A stretch of 61,026 bases of DNA, counting the filler. It is 7 parts of 7 records of this genome, joined end to end, with 100 filler letters (N's around TTAATTAATTAA, not from the genome) between each part and the next. Parts side by side here need not be neighbours in the genome. Positions count along the whole stretch, not along the records: positions 30,835 to 39,728 come from SRR31156797_31170; positions 39,829 to 46,471 come from SRR31156797_31187; positions 46,572 to 51,648 come from SRR31156797_31197; 4 more parts are not named here. One strand, 5' to 3'. Shown in pieces: positions 38,562-48,761 of this stretch. A program made the position numbers and the translations under genes. Under the pieces are notes generated by a model, which saw only the letters and a program-made list of their open reading frames with translations, had not been told where the DNA came from and ran no database searches. The first letter of the stretch is position 1. The number at the start of each line of letters is the position of its first letter.

Positions 38562-39719
38562 CTACTTCCCTGTTTCATCCCATCTGAATACGGTCCTATC
38601 CTCTTCAAGATAATCTGCAACGGCCATGACCGTGTTCACATATATTCTGCTGTGGTTATAATTGTAAATGGCCCTGCGCTGTTTTCTCCGGCTCCGCATA
38701 CTTCCCCGCCAGCCATTGGCCATTAAATAATTGCCCATACTGAAAAGGGCATCTTCCTTAACAAAAAGGTCCACAACACCGTCGCCATTTCCATCCACCC
38801 CATGGCGAAGCGCCTGGGAGGGCATAAACTGTGCGATACCGATGGCACCATAGAAGGACCCGGGGATGCTCAAGGGATCCCGACCCGATTTTTGCGCATA
38901 GGTTAGCAGGGCCTTGCATTCACCATAGGCCCAATGAGCCTTCTGGGCGGTACGCCGTTTTAGCCAACGCCGCTTCCTTTTGGTGACACGTTCATCCTTA
39001 AATGCCGTTGCCACAGACTGATAATCATCGCAGAGGGCCATACTGGCCAGGGTCAGAAAAGCATTTTTATCGCCCAGATAGGTTCCAAGCCGGGTTTCAA
39101 CGGTGAGAATGCCCACGGCAATTTCACAGGGAATGCCATAATGCCTCTCAAGACGGAGCAAGATCCTCCGGTTGGCCGACAGGAATTGTCTCGCTTCCGC
39201 CAGACGTTCCTCGGTCATAATGGTCCTGTACACCAACGGTCCCGCCTTTGAAGGTGGAATTGCAATGTGCTTTGGCGCTTTTTTTCGTTCTTTGAGGGCC
39301 ATTGTCAACAATTCTTTACCGGGTTTACCGTCAACGGTCAGCCCGTGGGCCGCTTGAAACCATCGGATGGCCCGCCTTGTTTTAGGACCTGTTTTCCCGT
39401 CGGCCTTCCCGGGTTCATATCCCAAAACAGCAAGCCGCTGCTGAAGCTTTCTCACGGACGCTTCGCCAAACTTGGTTCGGTACAACGTTTTCATTTTTAC
39501 AGCCATGATGGAAGGATCAAATCGGACTTCCGGGCGATCAAAAAGCTGTTTCAACCATGGCTTTGAAAAACCATCCGCCGTCAATTTATCCACCAGTGGA
39601 TCCCACTGGCCGGCAATTCCCGTTCCCGGCATCAGCACCATTAAGAGGATATACGGCATAAATACAAAACAACGCCACAAAGAGTCTCGCCGTGTTGTGG
39701 GACGTTGTTGACAAAGCAT
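38562..39719 (-). CDS. Lytic murein transglycosylase (MltB/SLT_2) with peptidoglycan-binding domain
   Basis: 'VETRLG', 'GSFYGAIGIAQFMPS', 'DGNGDGVVDL', 'YNHSRIYV'; PG_binding_1 motif; true start probably ~39659. Confidence 0.92.
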   Translation of the reverse strand: MLCQQRPTTRRDSLWRCFVFMPYILLMVLMPGTGIAGQWDPLVDKLTADGFSKPWLKQLFDRPEVRFDPSIMAVKMKTLYRTKFGEASVRKLQQRLAVLGYEPGKADGKTGPKTRRAIRWFQAAHGLTVDGKPGKELLTMALKERKKAPKHIAIPPSKAGPLVYRTIMTEERLAEARQFLSANRRILLRLERHYGIPCEIAVGILTVETRLGTYLGDKNAFLTLASMALCDDYQSVATAFKDERVTKRKRRWLKRRTAQKAHWAYGECKALLTYAQKSGRDPLSIPGSFYGAIGIAQFMPSQALRHGVDGNGDGVVDLFVKEDALFSMGNYLMANGWRGSMRSRRKQRRAIYNYNHSRIYVNTVMAVADYLEEDRTVFRWDETGK

Positions 39720-39728
39720 ACAAACTAC

Positions 39729-39828
39729 NNNNNNNNNNNNNNNNNNNNNNNNNNNNNNNNNNNNNNNNNNNNTTAATTAATTAANNNNNNNNNNNNNNNN
39801 NNNNNNNNNNNNNNNNNNNNNNNNNNNN
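39729..39828. other. Artificial contig spacer
   Basis: N44-TTAATTAATTAA-N44. Confidence 0.98.
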
Positions 39829-40031
39829 ATCATATTCCCGGCCAATTCTCACCCGTAAATTATCAGTAATCAAAATGAGTATACCTGTTTTTCACAATGG
39901 CCTCTTTAACCAGACAAATGCCATGTCGCTCTCAATTTCTCACTGTATTTCCCCATTGCAACCTTGAACAGGGTCAATATTCTGACCTGGACAGCGACCT
40001 AAGTGGTGCACCGGGGTGTTAATGGTTTTGC

Positions 40032-41312
40032 TTATTGCCTAACACTTTGCTGCCCTAAAATCCTCATGATTTCGGACGCCGGTCGCCCTGAACCTAAAAG
40101 GTCTGCCATATTTTTCAGATATGGCGCCATATGCTTAAAAATTTTTTTATATGCCTTGCAAAGATAGCTTAGTCCCGGCTCACCGTCATGGGATTTGGAA
40201 AATCTATGTTTGGGACAGTCTCCATGGCAGGCAGGCAGTACCTCACAAATTTTGCAGCATGCTGGCAGGCCTTCCAGCTTAAAATTACCGAAAATTTGCT
40301 GCTGCTGGGAAGTCATAAGATCAATTAGCGGGGTTTCCATAATATTTCCCAATTTGTGCCGGGGATAGACATAATGATCACATGAGTACAAATCCCCGTT
40401 GTGTTCCAGGGCACCTGCCATACCGCATTTGGCTGAAAAGTGACAGAGACCTGGGCCCGCGCCGAGCCAGTTTCCCAGGGCAACATCAAAAAATTGTACA
40501 AATACCCTGCCCACGTCGTTATGGACCCACTCATTAAAGATGTGGATATAGAATTCTGCAAGTTGATGGGGTGTTACACTCCAAGGCGTTGGCCGGCTCC
40601 GCCTTTTGAGATCGTCTTTTGAGGGGGGTGAGGCCAGGTTCAGCTTCATTTTTTTCGCAATTTTGTCCGGCATGCGTTCAACCGCCGGGATGAATTGCAT
40701 ATGGCCGGCTCCATTTTTTTTGAGAAACCGATATACATCAAGGGGGTGCAGTGAATTTTTTGCATTTATCACCGTAAGGGTGTTGAATGGTATTTTATGC
40801 TGCCTTAATAAATCCAGGCCTGCCATGACCGCATCAAAACTCGGGTGTTGGTTTGCCTTGACCCTGTATATATCATGTAGTTTCCTTGGCCCGTCTATGC
40901 TCAGGCCGACCAGAAAATTATTGTCTTTTAAAAACCGGCACCATTCACCGTCTATCAGAGTACCATTTGTCTGGATGGTGTTGAAAACCGTCTTATTCCC
41001 TGCATATTTTTTTTGTAACGAGACAAGAGACTGAAAAAAATCGATGCCCAGCAGGGTAGGCTCACCGCCCTGCCAGGCAAATTGAACTTCCGGTGAATCC
41101 TGGATTTCGATATATTGCCGAATAAAACTTTCAAGCACGTTTACGGGCATCCGCTTTTGAACCGGGCCGCCATAGAGGCTCTCCTTCTCGGTGTAGAAAC
41201 AATAGGTGCACCTCAAATTACAGGATGCACCGGACGGCTTCGCCATCACTTGAAACGGCATAGACTCTCCAATTTTTTTAAGTATCCGATGGCAAGCCAG
41301 GGGTATGATCAA
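40032..41312 (-). CDS. Anaerobic sulfatase-maturating radical SAM/SPASM enzyme (anSME)
   Basis: 'CNLRCTYC', 'WQGGEPTL', 'SIDGP', SPASM Cys ('YSCDHYV', 'CKIC...CHGDCPK'); ATGA overlap with the sulfatase. Confidence 0.95.
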   Translation of the reverse strand: MIIPLACHRILKKIGESMPFQVMAKPSGASCNLRCTYCFYTEKESLYGGPVQKRMPVNVLESFIRQYIEIQDSPEVQFAWQGGEPTLLGIDFFQSLVSLQKKYAGNKTVFNTIQTNGTLIDGEWCRFLKDNNFLVGLSIDGPRKLHDIYRVKANQHPSFDAVMAGLDLLRQHKIPFNTLTVINAKNSLHPLDVYRFLKKNGAGHMQFIPAVERMPDKIAKKMKLNLASPPSKDDLKRRSRPTPWSVTPHQLAEFYIHIFNEWVHNDVGRVFVQFFDVALGNWLGAGPGLCHFSAKCGMAGALEHNGDLYSCDHYVYPRHKLGNIMETPLIDLMTSQQQQIFGNFKLEGLPACCKICEVLPACHGDCPKHRFSKSHDGEPGLSYLCKAYKKIFKHMAPYLKNMADLLGSGRPASEIMRILGQQSVRQ

Positions 41313-43117
41313 GGATCAAAGCGTTCAAAGACCCAGTTGACACCGGCAATGTCCGGCAGATGGGAACCATCATCTTGCCCGACTTCCCTGTCAATCAGGC
41401 GATTTAGCTTTTCATTCATGGCAAGCAGAAGATCTTGCTTTGTTTTATCCATGGCAAGGTTGTTTATCTCATTCGGATCGTTCTTAAGGTCGAACAGCTC
41501 AACTTCGTTGACCCTGAAAATCTGCTCAAGTGTTGTCGGACGATTGTGTTCCTGGGAATTGAAGTAGCGGCTGAATTTATATCTTCCGTCAAATACGGTC
41601 CGGATGTTGGAGCGTTTTTTCATATCAGGTCTGGGAATATCCTCTAATTTCATTGCCTCTCCCCGGCCGGCCAGACTGGCAACTTTACGGAGCCAATCGG
41701 CATCCATGAACGCCCACATGCTGTAACAATAGAGCGCCCCTTCACGAATCGCATCAAAGGCCGCATTTTGTGGATTTTCCAAAAGAGTTGACACATCGTA
41801 TCCGTGAAGCCTGTCAATAACCTTTTTCTTCTGGATTTTATCCGCCCCGGTCATGCCAAGGATTGTGGGCACGAGGTCATTGTGAGACGTAACGGATTTG
41901 CATCTTTTCCCGCCTGGCATATCTGGATGATAAATAATAAAAGGCACATTGTTCTGCTCCCGGTATGCGGTTGCTCCCTTGCCGGACATACCGTGTGCGC
42001 CGCAGAGTTCCCCATGATCTGCAGTCATCAGGATAATGGTATTGTCTAACATCCCCAAATCGTCAAGTTCCGTGAGGATGATGTCAACAGACCGGTCGTT
42101 ATCGCTGATGCAATTGAAATAATAATCCTGCATTTTTTGCCAGCGATTATCTTCATTGGGAATCTTACCCGTCAGCATGGCCATGGATTTCTGATAATCA
42201 TGGTGGGCCTGGGGTCGTCCCGGTTTGTCCCATGGCTCCCTGCGACTGGCAGAAAGCGGCAGACCCCATTTTTTTTCATAGGTTTTGTCATCCGGATCCC
42301 GTGTAAGTTCAAACATGGTGGGGTGGGCACCCTGAATTTTCTCACCAGGCTTGTCGGTATTGTAAAACATTACATCATGCGGATTTACAAGGCTCAGGGT
42401 CATGAACCAAGGCTGCCCTTCTTCATTTAACCCTTTACCTTTGCGCCGGAGCCAGGCCTGTGAAGTCGCTGTGACAAACTGGTCCGTATAATATCCGAAC
42501 AAGGGATCTCCTGTGATATCTCCAATACCGGTGTAATCTGAGAAACCATACTTATCCATGGTATCGTGCCCCACCATCTGGAAGGGTTTTCCCTCTGGAA
42601 AATGTTCATGAATTCGTTCATGGAGATGCCATTTCCCCTGGTAGGTCGAGTAGTAGCCAGCCTCACGCATCATATGCCCGATGGTAGGAATATCAAATGA
42701 CATATTATCGCACCAGGGGAAATCTGTATTGTCAAACATCTTGGTATGTTGAATATGCTGACCAGTAAAAATGACAGAACGGGACGGAGTGCATACCATG
42801 GAACAGACTTGATGGTTCTCAAAGGTTGTCCCCATTTTAGCTAAACGGTCTCTTCCAGGCCAGTGGCCCTCTCCCCAGAGCTCTGATTCATATCGTTCTT
42901 GGTCTGTGAGGATAAATAAAACGTTGTACTGTTTGGATTTTATCTCCCTGCCGGATTTTGCCGTATTCCGGGAAGTATTAACAGCTGATGCTTTCTTTGG
43001 CTTCAGGGTTACAGCACTAGATCCAAGCGCCAATGTCGCCAAGCCAGCGGCTTGGAGGAAATCACGACGGGTTATATCTTTGGGGGGGTGATCCGTTGAT
43101 TTTCGTAAATCATTCAT
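41309..43117 (-). CDS. Tat-exported Cys-type sulfatase
   Basis: 'TRRDFLQ' twin-arginine signal; 'TDQER', C-x-P-x-R 'CTPSRSVIFTG', 'GKWHL', 'ADHGE'; GAGGAG RBS before ATG 43117. Confidence 0.94.
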   Translation of the reverse strand: MNDLRKSTDHPPKDITRRDFLQAAGLATLALGSSAVTLKPKKASAVNTSRNTAKSGREIKSKQYNVLFILTDQERYESELWGEGHWPGRDRLAKMGTTFENHQVCSMVCTPSRSVIFTGQHIQHTKMFDNTDFPWCDNMSFDIPTIGHMMREAGYYSTYQGKWHLHERIHEHFPEGKPFQMVGHDTMDKYGFSDYTGIGDITGDPLFGYYTDQFVTATSQAWLRRKGKGLNEEGQPWFMTLSLVNPHDVMFYNTDKPGEKIQGAHPTMFELTRDPDDKTYEKKWGLPLSASRREPWDKPGRPQAHHDYQKSMAMLTGKIPNEDNRWQKMQDYYFNCISDNDRSVDIILTELDDLGMLDNTIILMTADHGELCGAHGMSGKGATAYREQNNVPFIIYHPDMPGGKRCKSVTSHNDLVPTILGMTGADKIQKKKVIDRLHGYDVSTLLENPQNAAFDAIREGALYCYSMWAFMDADWLRKVASLAGRGEAMKLEDIPRPDMKKRSNIRTVFDGRYKFSRYFNSQEHNRPTTLEQIFRVNEVELFDLKNDPNEINNLAMDKTKQDLLLAMNEKLNRLIDREVGQDDGSHLPDIAGVNWVFERFDP

Positions 43118-43321
43118 CGGTTTCTCCTCAAAAGAATACATATTTATTGAAGCTTGAAAAATAGAATAATAACAAAGGCATACCTTGTTTGCTGATACAA
43201 ATCAAATGTTTTCTTAACCGAAACAGCAGGTTTACCCGCAAATAGAGGGGAAGCAAATTTGTAAAAAATGCCCTTACAATAAGCGCTTCGTGTATTCATT
43301 TTTCAAATGAATTTAAGGAAA

Positions 43322-43400
43322 GGGGGCGAATTGATGCTCGAGCTGATGATCAAGGCAGGAATGAGGATTGGCGAAGTTCTAAAATTGAAACCGGAAAAAT
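43322..43400 (+). pseudogene. Tyrosine recombinase/integrase remnant
   Basis: 'ELMLELMIKAGMRIGEVLKLKP' matches the box-I catalytic Arg region (TG.R..E...L); no full-length frame around it. Confidence 0.6.
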
Positions 43401-43530
43401 TTCCAGGCGTTAACTTAAGCTATATTTGTAATGCGCCCTTTAAACTGATATGTATTTTTTCATTGGGCTCATCAGAATCATTACAAATAATTATGACAAC
43501 CAGGTTATAATACCCAAAAAAGGGGGAGGG

Positions 43531-44832
43531 ATGGTTCGAAAACACACCAAATATTTCGTATCTTTTCTAATTTTACTGCTTTTACTTCTTCCATTTTTTA
43601 AAATCAGACCTTGTGATGCGAGTACCAATTTTCCCAAAAAGCAATCAGATGAAAAAAGGAATCAAGACACCCCCATTACGCATCTGGAGCTTCAGTCTGA
43701 ATTGATGACATTTGCAGATAAATTTACAAGTGTTTTAGGAGGTGCTTACCAGCAATTCGTTCAAAAAAATCCTAAAAAAGGGACTATTTTTATTGCCAAG
43801 GAAGGAGGGATTTTCGTGATGTCTTCTGCGTATACGATTGCGGCAGGACCGAATCCCAGTATTGCGCTCTTGGATATGACAATTCTTGTGACACTTGGCA
43901 GGATGATTTATGAAGATACTCATCTTAAAAAATTCGGTGAAGACATCCAGTTAATTCTAAAGCCTCTAAAAATTCTTGAGCAGGATATTTGGAGAATTGC
44001 AGACAAACTGATGACTCAAGAGGAGCAGAATAAATTACGAAAAGGGTTAATAGAATGGAAAAGGGCAAATCCTGATCAAAAAAAATTTTCATATTTTCGC
44101 ACTGAAAATTTTGCTTCTGCCAGAAATGTATCTAACCTTGTCAAAGAAATAGATAACAAAGGGATGTTTGGTTCAATTAAAAAGGCAACCACTGAAGCGG
44201 AAAGGATAAGACTGATAGCAGAAAGGGCCATGTATCTGAGCACGAGAATACCTTTGTTATTTGGACTTTTCGGTGAGGTATGGTTTCAAAAAGTGATTAC
44301 GAACCCTGAACTTCAGGAAGTCAAATCAGATTTCAATAGAATTTCCATGACCTTAGAACAACTGACCCAATTGGCTGAATCTTTTCAAAAACAATTAATA
44401 AATAGTCCAGAGGATTTAATCCTTGGTATAAAAGATAAAGAGGTCCAAAATATTGTAGGGCAGATCCAGAATACTGTCATAACTGCGAATAGTTTAGTTA
44501 AATCGGTGAATGAAATGCTTCCCATGACTGATGCTCTCCTGCTAAAATTGCCTGAACAGATCACAGTGTTAAAAGAATTTGAAAAAAATATCAATCAAAT
44601 AGATAATACAATTCAAAATTTAAATATGGCGTTTTTAACGGCTAATCAGTTGCTCACTTCGCCATACCTTAGTAAACTACTGGACAGAACGTCCCAAATC
44701 CTGGGCCAGTATGATAACGATGCAAAAAAATTGATAACCCATCTTGTTGTATCGATAGGAGGGTTGATCCTTTTCTCATTTATCTGCCTATTTGTTTATC
44801 GGTATGCGGAGAAAAAAATTATTAACAGGTGA
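43531..44832 (+). CDS. Hypothetical exported coiled-coil protein with C-terminal membrane anchor
   Basis: GGAGG RBS before ATG 43531, signal peptide, long helical region, C-terminal TM; AT-rich codon use. Confidence 0.8.
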   Translation: MVRKHTKYFVSFLILLLLLLPFFKIRPCDASTNFPKKQSDEKRNQDTPITHLELQSELMTFADKFTSVLGGAYQQFVQKNPKKGTIFIAKEGGIFVMSSAYTIAAGPNPSIALLDMTILVTLGRMIYEDTHLKKFGEDIQLILKPLKILEQDIWRIADKLMTQEEQNKLRKGLIEWKRANPDQKKFSYFRTENFASARNVSNLVKEIDNKGMFGSIKKATTEAERIRLIAERAMYLSTRIPLLFGLFGEVWFQKVITNPELQEVKSDFNRISMTLEQLTQLAESFQKQLINSPEDLILGIKDKEVQNIVGQIQNTVITANSLVKSVNEMLPMTDALLLKLPEQITVLKEFEKNINQIDNTIQNLNMAFLTANQLLTSPYLSKLLDRTSQILGQYDNDAKKLITHLVVSIGGLILFSFICLFVYRYAEKKIINR

Positions 44833-44841
44833 AATAAAATT

Positions 44842-45183
44842 ATGCATAGAATAAAGCCGCTTATATGTATATTTACCCTGCTGTTTTTAAGTGCTTGTTC
44901 AACATCTAATCATGGGACTTTTGTTGCTTCAACTTATTTGACCCAGGATGATAAAACAGATGCTAAACTGGCAGGAAAGGTTACAGGTGAATCTCGCCAG
45001 TCAAGATTTTTATATATTTTCCCTTTAGGTGCCCCCCCATCTACCAGTGAAGCGATATTGGATGCAAAGTCAAAGATTAAGAATACTAAATTTCTAACTG
45101 ATATATCCATTGACGATAAAACCTACTGGGGATTCGGTTATAGCGAACAGGTTATTATAATAGAAGCAACTGCTTATCACTAA
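44842..45183 (+). CDS. Hypothetical lipoprotein
   Basis: Lipobox 'LSAC'; 113 aa. Confidence 0.78.
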   Translation: MHRIKPLICIFTLLFLSACSTSNHGTFVASTYLTQDDKTDAKLAGKVTGESRQSRFLYIFPLGAPPSTSEAILDAKSKIKNTKFLTDISIDDKTYWGFGYSEQVIIIEATAYH

Positions 45184-45310
45184 AACAGACAAACATCCAA
45201 CCCAGGCATCATAGCCTACAAAATACAGGCCGAGTGCCTATCATATAGGCATTTAATCTTAACAATCTTTCAGGAGGGCAAAAGGAAATCTTTACTTGGG
45301 AGAAATAGCC

Positions 45311-46138
45311 ATGAGACTCGTATCTTTTTGTATCATGACATTTTTTTATTGTTTATGTTTCTCAAATGCATTGGCAGTTGAGCATAATAAAAAGAACGTT
45401 TTAAATAAGCGCATTATGATTTATGGCGGTTTAAGGTTATACCAAGCAGATGGGACTTTTACTTCAACCAGAACGGGAAGCCCTCCTGTTAGGGTTGATA
45501 TGGATGACCTTGGTCTTGAAAAAAATGAAGTTAACGGAATTGGCGGATTGATATTCAATTTTAAAAAACGGTGGAATATACGTTTCGACTACTTTGGGTA
45601 CCATGATGATGCAACTAAAACCGCTGAGAAAAGTTTCAACTTCGATGGTGTCAATATTCCCGTAAATGCAACTCTCGACAGCAGTTTAAATATGGATCTC
45701 TATGTTCTTAGTTTGGCATACAATATAATGCATACCCAAAGGGCCAGGTTTGGCCTAGGGGTTGGTGTTCATGGCATTGATTTTGATCTGAAGATTTCCG
45801 GCAAACTAACCGTGGGTGGCGTTGAAACACCATTAGGCGAGGGCCAGGAAGATTTTATTGCACCCGTTCCAAACCTTTGGGTATACGGCGCATATGGTTT
45901 TACACAAAGATTTATACTCCGATACGGCGCCGGCTGGATGAGCGCAGGTTATGGTGATTATGACGGTTCATTATTTTTGGCCAATGCCGCAATTGAATAT
46001 TGGCCATTTCAAAATGCCGGATTTGGAATAGGCTATAACTATATCAAAGCAGATATAAATTATGATTCGGGCCATAAAAAAGATAATTACGATATCGATC
46101 TTCCGGGAGTTGTCTTTTATATAACTTTGGGTTTTTAA
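45311..46138 (+). CDS. Putative outer-membrane beta-barrel protein
   Basis: Signal peptide ending ALA, alternating aromatic/Gly strands, C-terminal 'FYITLGF' BAM-type signal. Confidence 0.8.
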   Translation: MRLVSFCIMTFFYCLCFSNALAVEHNKKNVLNKRIMIYGGLRLYQADGTFTSTRTGSPPVRVDMDDLGLEKNEVNGIGGLIFNFKKRWNIRFDYFGYHDDATKTAEKSFNFDGVNIPVNATLDSSLNMDLYVLSLAYNIMHTQRARFGLGVGVHGIDFDLKISGKLTVGGVETPLGEGQEDFIAPVPNLWVYGAYGFTQRFILRYGAGWMSAGYGDYDGSLFLANAAIEYWPFQNAGFGIGYNYIKADINYDSGHKKDNYDIDLPGVVFYITLGF

Positions 46139-46471
46139 TTTAATTTCCTTATTATAACCCGGTAAAATCAAAATGGTATAAGCTATCGTTTTTATCTCTG
46201 ATCCCTGCCCCGAATATATGGTATGCAGTCATATTCCAAACTTATGGGCAGAAAATCAAGGGGATTGGAGACACTCTGACATCTTTTGTCATATCAAATC
46301 CCAATTTACACAATTTAGATCACACCGATAAGGAACCAAGGTCGTTTAGCATATTCCGTGCAGCATTAGGACAAACAGTCTCAACTCCATAAAAAACTGT
46401 TTTTTTTTACCCATTCACCCCCTTGATCATTGAAGTATTCCACGATGCCGCATATACTGCGCCCTAAATTT

Positions 46472-46571
46472 NNNNNNNNNNNNNNNNNNNNNNNNNNNNN
46501 NNNNNNNNNNNNNNNTTAATTAATTAANNNNNNNNNNNNNNNNNNNNNNNNNNNNNNNNNNNNNNNNNNNN
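46472..46571. other. Artificial contig spacer
   Basis: N44-TTAATTAATTAA-N44. Confidence 0.98.
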
Positions 46572-46886
46572 CCCCACATAAGCCAGGGTCATCAAAGGAT
46601 CCGCCGCCACATTGAGCCCCACATGCTTCATGGTTACAATGGTTCTGAGACCTGAAACAGCCGCGGCCGCGGCCACTTCCATGGCCACCTTCTCATTGGT
46701 GGAGTATTCAAAATAGAGATCCGACTCCTGACTGATGTCGAAAAAGTTCATGGGAATCTCAGAAGAAGGCGTACCCGGATAACATGTGGCAAATGATACC
46801 CCTGCCTCCAAAGCGCCGCGGGCAATGGCCTCGTTGCCCAGTAAGAGCATTTTCTCTCCTGGAGAGTCTGTCAGCAATTTGTGCAT
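46572..46886 (-). CDS. iorA: Indolepyruvate ferredoxin oxidoreductase alpha subunit, 5' part
   Basis: 'LLGNEAIARGALEAG...YPGTPSSEI...EYSTNEKVAME...MKHVGLNVAADPLM'; GGAGG RBS before ATG 46886. Confidence 0.9.
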
Positions 46887-46929
46887 TTTTTCCTCCGAAT
46901 GGTTTCTGGTTATAGGTTGAATGAGCGGC

Positions 46930-48501
46930 CTATAGCTTGAAGCTTTCAGCCATGCCTGCATATTTTTTCCTGAGTTTGGGTTTTTCGATTTTTCCCGTGG
47001 GGTTCCGGGGAACTTCATCAAAAAAGATCTTGCGGGGCCTCTTGTACCTCGGCAGCCCTTCACAAAAACGGAAGGCTTCTTCCTCACTCAAAGAAGCCCC
47101 CGGTTTGACTTTCAGCACAGCCGCCACGATCTCCCCCAGACGATCGTCGGCAATGCCGATGACCGCTGCGTCCTGCAGGTTCTGATTTTCCATGAGGAAC
47201 GCTTCAATCTCCACGGGAAAAATATTTTCGCCGCCGGTAATAATGACGTCCTTCTTACGGTCCACAAGCCAGATAAATCCGTCTTCATCAAAACGGGCCA
47301 TATCGCCGGTGAGCAACCATCCGTCCATCAGGGTGCTTTCGGTGGCTTCAGGGTTTTTATAATATTCTTTCATGACACCGGGCCCCTTGACCATGAGCTC
47401 ACCCGGATCTCCCTTCGGTACCTCCTTCTGGTTAAAGTCGACAATTTTACACGCCCAATCAAAACCGGGAACCCCGATGGCCCCCACCTTGTGGAGATTT
47501 TCAATTCCCAAATGGACACAACCCGGACCCGTGGTTTCACTTAAACCGTAATTGGTGTCGTAGTCGTGGGCGGGAAAAACCTTCTTCCAGTTCTTAATGA
47601 GACTCGGCGGAACCGGCTGGGCTCCGATGTGCATCAGCCGCCATTGATCCAGTTTGTAATCATTTAAATTGACGTCACCATTCTCAATGGCAATGAGGAT
47701 ATCCTGGGCCCAAGGCACCAGCAACCAGACAATGCTGGCTTCTTCTTCGCTTACCGCTTCCAGTATCCACTCCGGTTTGATCCCCTTTAAAATGACGCCT
47801 TTACCCCCCACAATAAAGCTTCCGAACCAGTGCATCTTGGCCCCGGTATGGTACAGGGGTGGAATGCAGAGGAATGTGTCTTGGTGGGTTTGATTGTGAT
47901 GTCGGTTTTCAATGATACAGGCCGATTCCAGGTTCCGATGGGTCAGGAGGATCGGTTTGGGGGTTCCCGTGGTTCCGGATGTAAAATATAGCGCGGCTTC
48001 ATCCATAAGATTGATTTCCTTGCCGGGATCATCGGTGGAGCCGATTTTAAGAAAATCAACAAAGGATTCCGCATAGGAGGGTTTCACTTCTTCAGGGCCC
48101 ACAAATATGAAATCATTGATGGATTCCAATTCGTCCTTGATGTCGTCGATGCGTCCGACAAACTCTTCGCCGAAAATCATGGTTTTAGCTTCCGCAATAT
48201 CCGCGCAATATGCGATATCCCCGGCGGTAAACCGAAAATTGAGGGGCACGGCCCAGGCGCCGGTGCGCAGAATTCCAAAATAGGCGGGGAGCCATTCCAG
48301 GCAGTTCATCATCAGGTGGATAACTTTATCTCCCCGTTTCACCCCCCTGGCAAGCAAACCATTGGCGATCCGGCTGGCCATCCCATCAAATTCTTTCCAT
48401 GTTAAGGTCGTCCGCGTCTCCTTTCCGGGATCTCGCTCAACAAGGGCAATCTCATCTCCATACATACCGGCGTTTCTTGCCAAAATATCCGTGATAACCA
48501 T
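46930..48501 (-). CDS. Acyl-CoA synthetase (class I adenylate-forming)
   Basis: 'FTSGTTGTPK', 'YGLSE', 'TGDMA', 'DRKKDVIITGGENIFP', 'PRNPTGKI'; GAGGAGG RBS before ATG 48501. Confidence 0.95.
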   Translation of the reverse strand: MVITDILARNAGMYGDEIALVERDPGKETRTTLTWKEFDGMASRIANGLLARGVKRGDKVIHLMMNCLEWLPAYFGILRTGAWAVPLNFRFTAGDIAYCADIAEAKTMIFGEEFVGRIDDIKDELESINDFIFVGPEEVKPSYAESFVDFLKIGSTDDPGKEINLMDEAALYFTSGTTGTPKPILLTHRNLESACIIENRHHNQTHQDTFLCIPPLYHTGAKMHWFGSFIVGGKGVILKGIKPEWILEAVSEEEASIVWLLVPWAQDILIAIENGDVNLNDYKLDQWRLMHIGAQPVPPSLIKNWKKVFPAHDYDTNYGLSETTGPGCVHLGIENLHKVGAIGVPGFDWACKIVDFNQKEVPKGDPGELMVKGPGVMKEYYKNPEATESTLMDGWLLTGDMARFDEDGFIWLVDRKKDVIITGGENIFPVEIEAFLMENQNLQDAAVIGIADDRLGEIVAAVLKVKPGASLSEEEAFRFCEGLPRYKRPRKIFFDEVPRNPTGKIEKPKLRKKYAGMAESFKL

Positions 48502-48543
48502 ATTAAGCCTCCTCCTCAAAAGCTATATTTTAGCTACATCGTA

Positions 48544-48573
48544 ACTATAAAGAAAGGAACCTGAAACTGTCAA
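48544..48573 (-). promoter_or_regulatory. Putative sigma70 promoter of the acyl-CoA synthetase-ior operon
   Basis: TTGACA-N18-TATAGT on the minus strand. Confidence 0.55.
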
Positions 48574-48761
48574 GAAAAAAGACCCATTGCTTTAATTCCG
48601 GGTTGTGAATTTCCACTCGGGAATGATGAAAGTTCGAAAGCAAATATGAGAAAGGCCGGTGGAAAGAACGCAAAGACCGAAGGATCAACCGGCAGTTAGG
48701 TGAGAGAAAGACACATAACCGGGAAACAGGCGGGCGTTTTTGGAAAACCGTTTTCCGGGGG

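Noticed and set aside
43140-46471. AT-rich genes next to an integrase fragment as a possible integron cassette array
   Set aside because: No RYYYAAC...GTTRRRY attC structures found between the genes, and the integrase is only a short remnant
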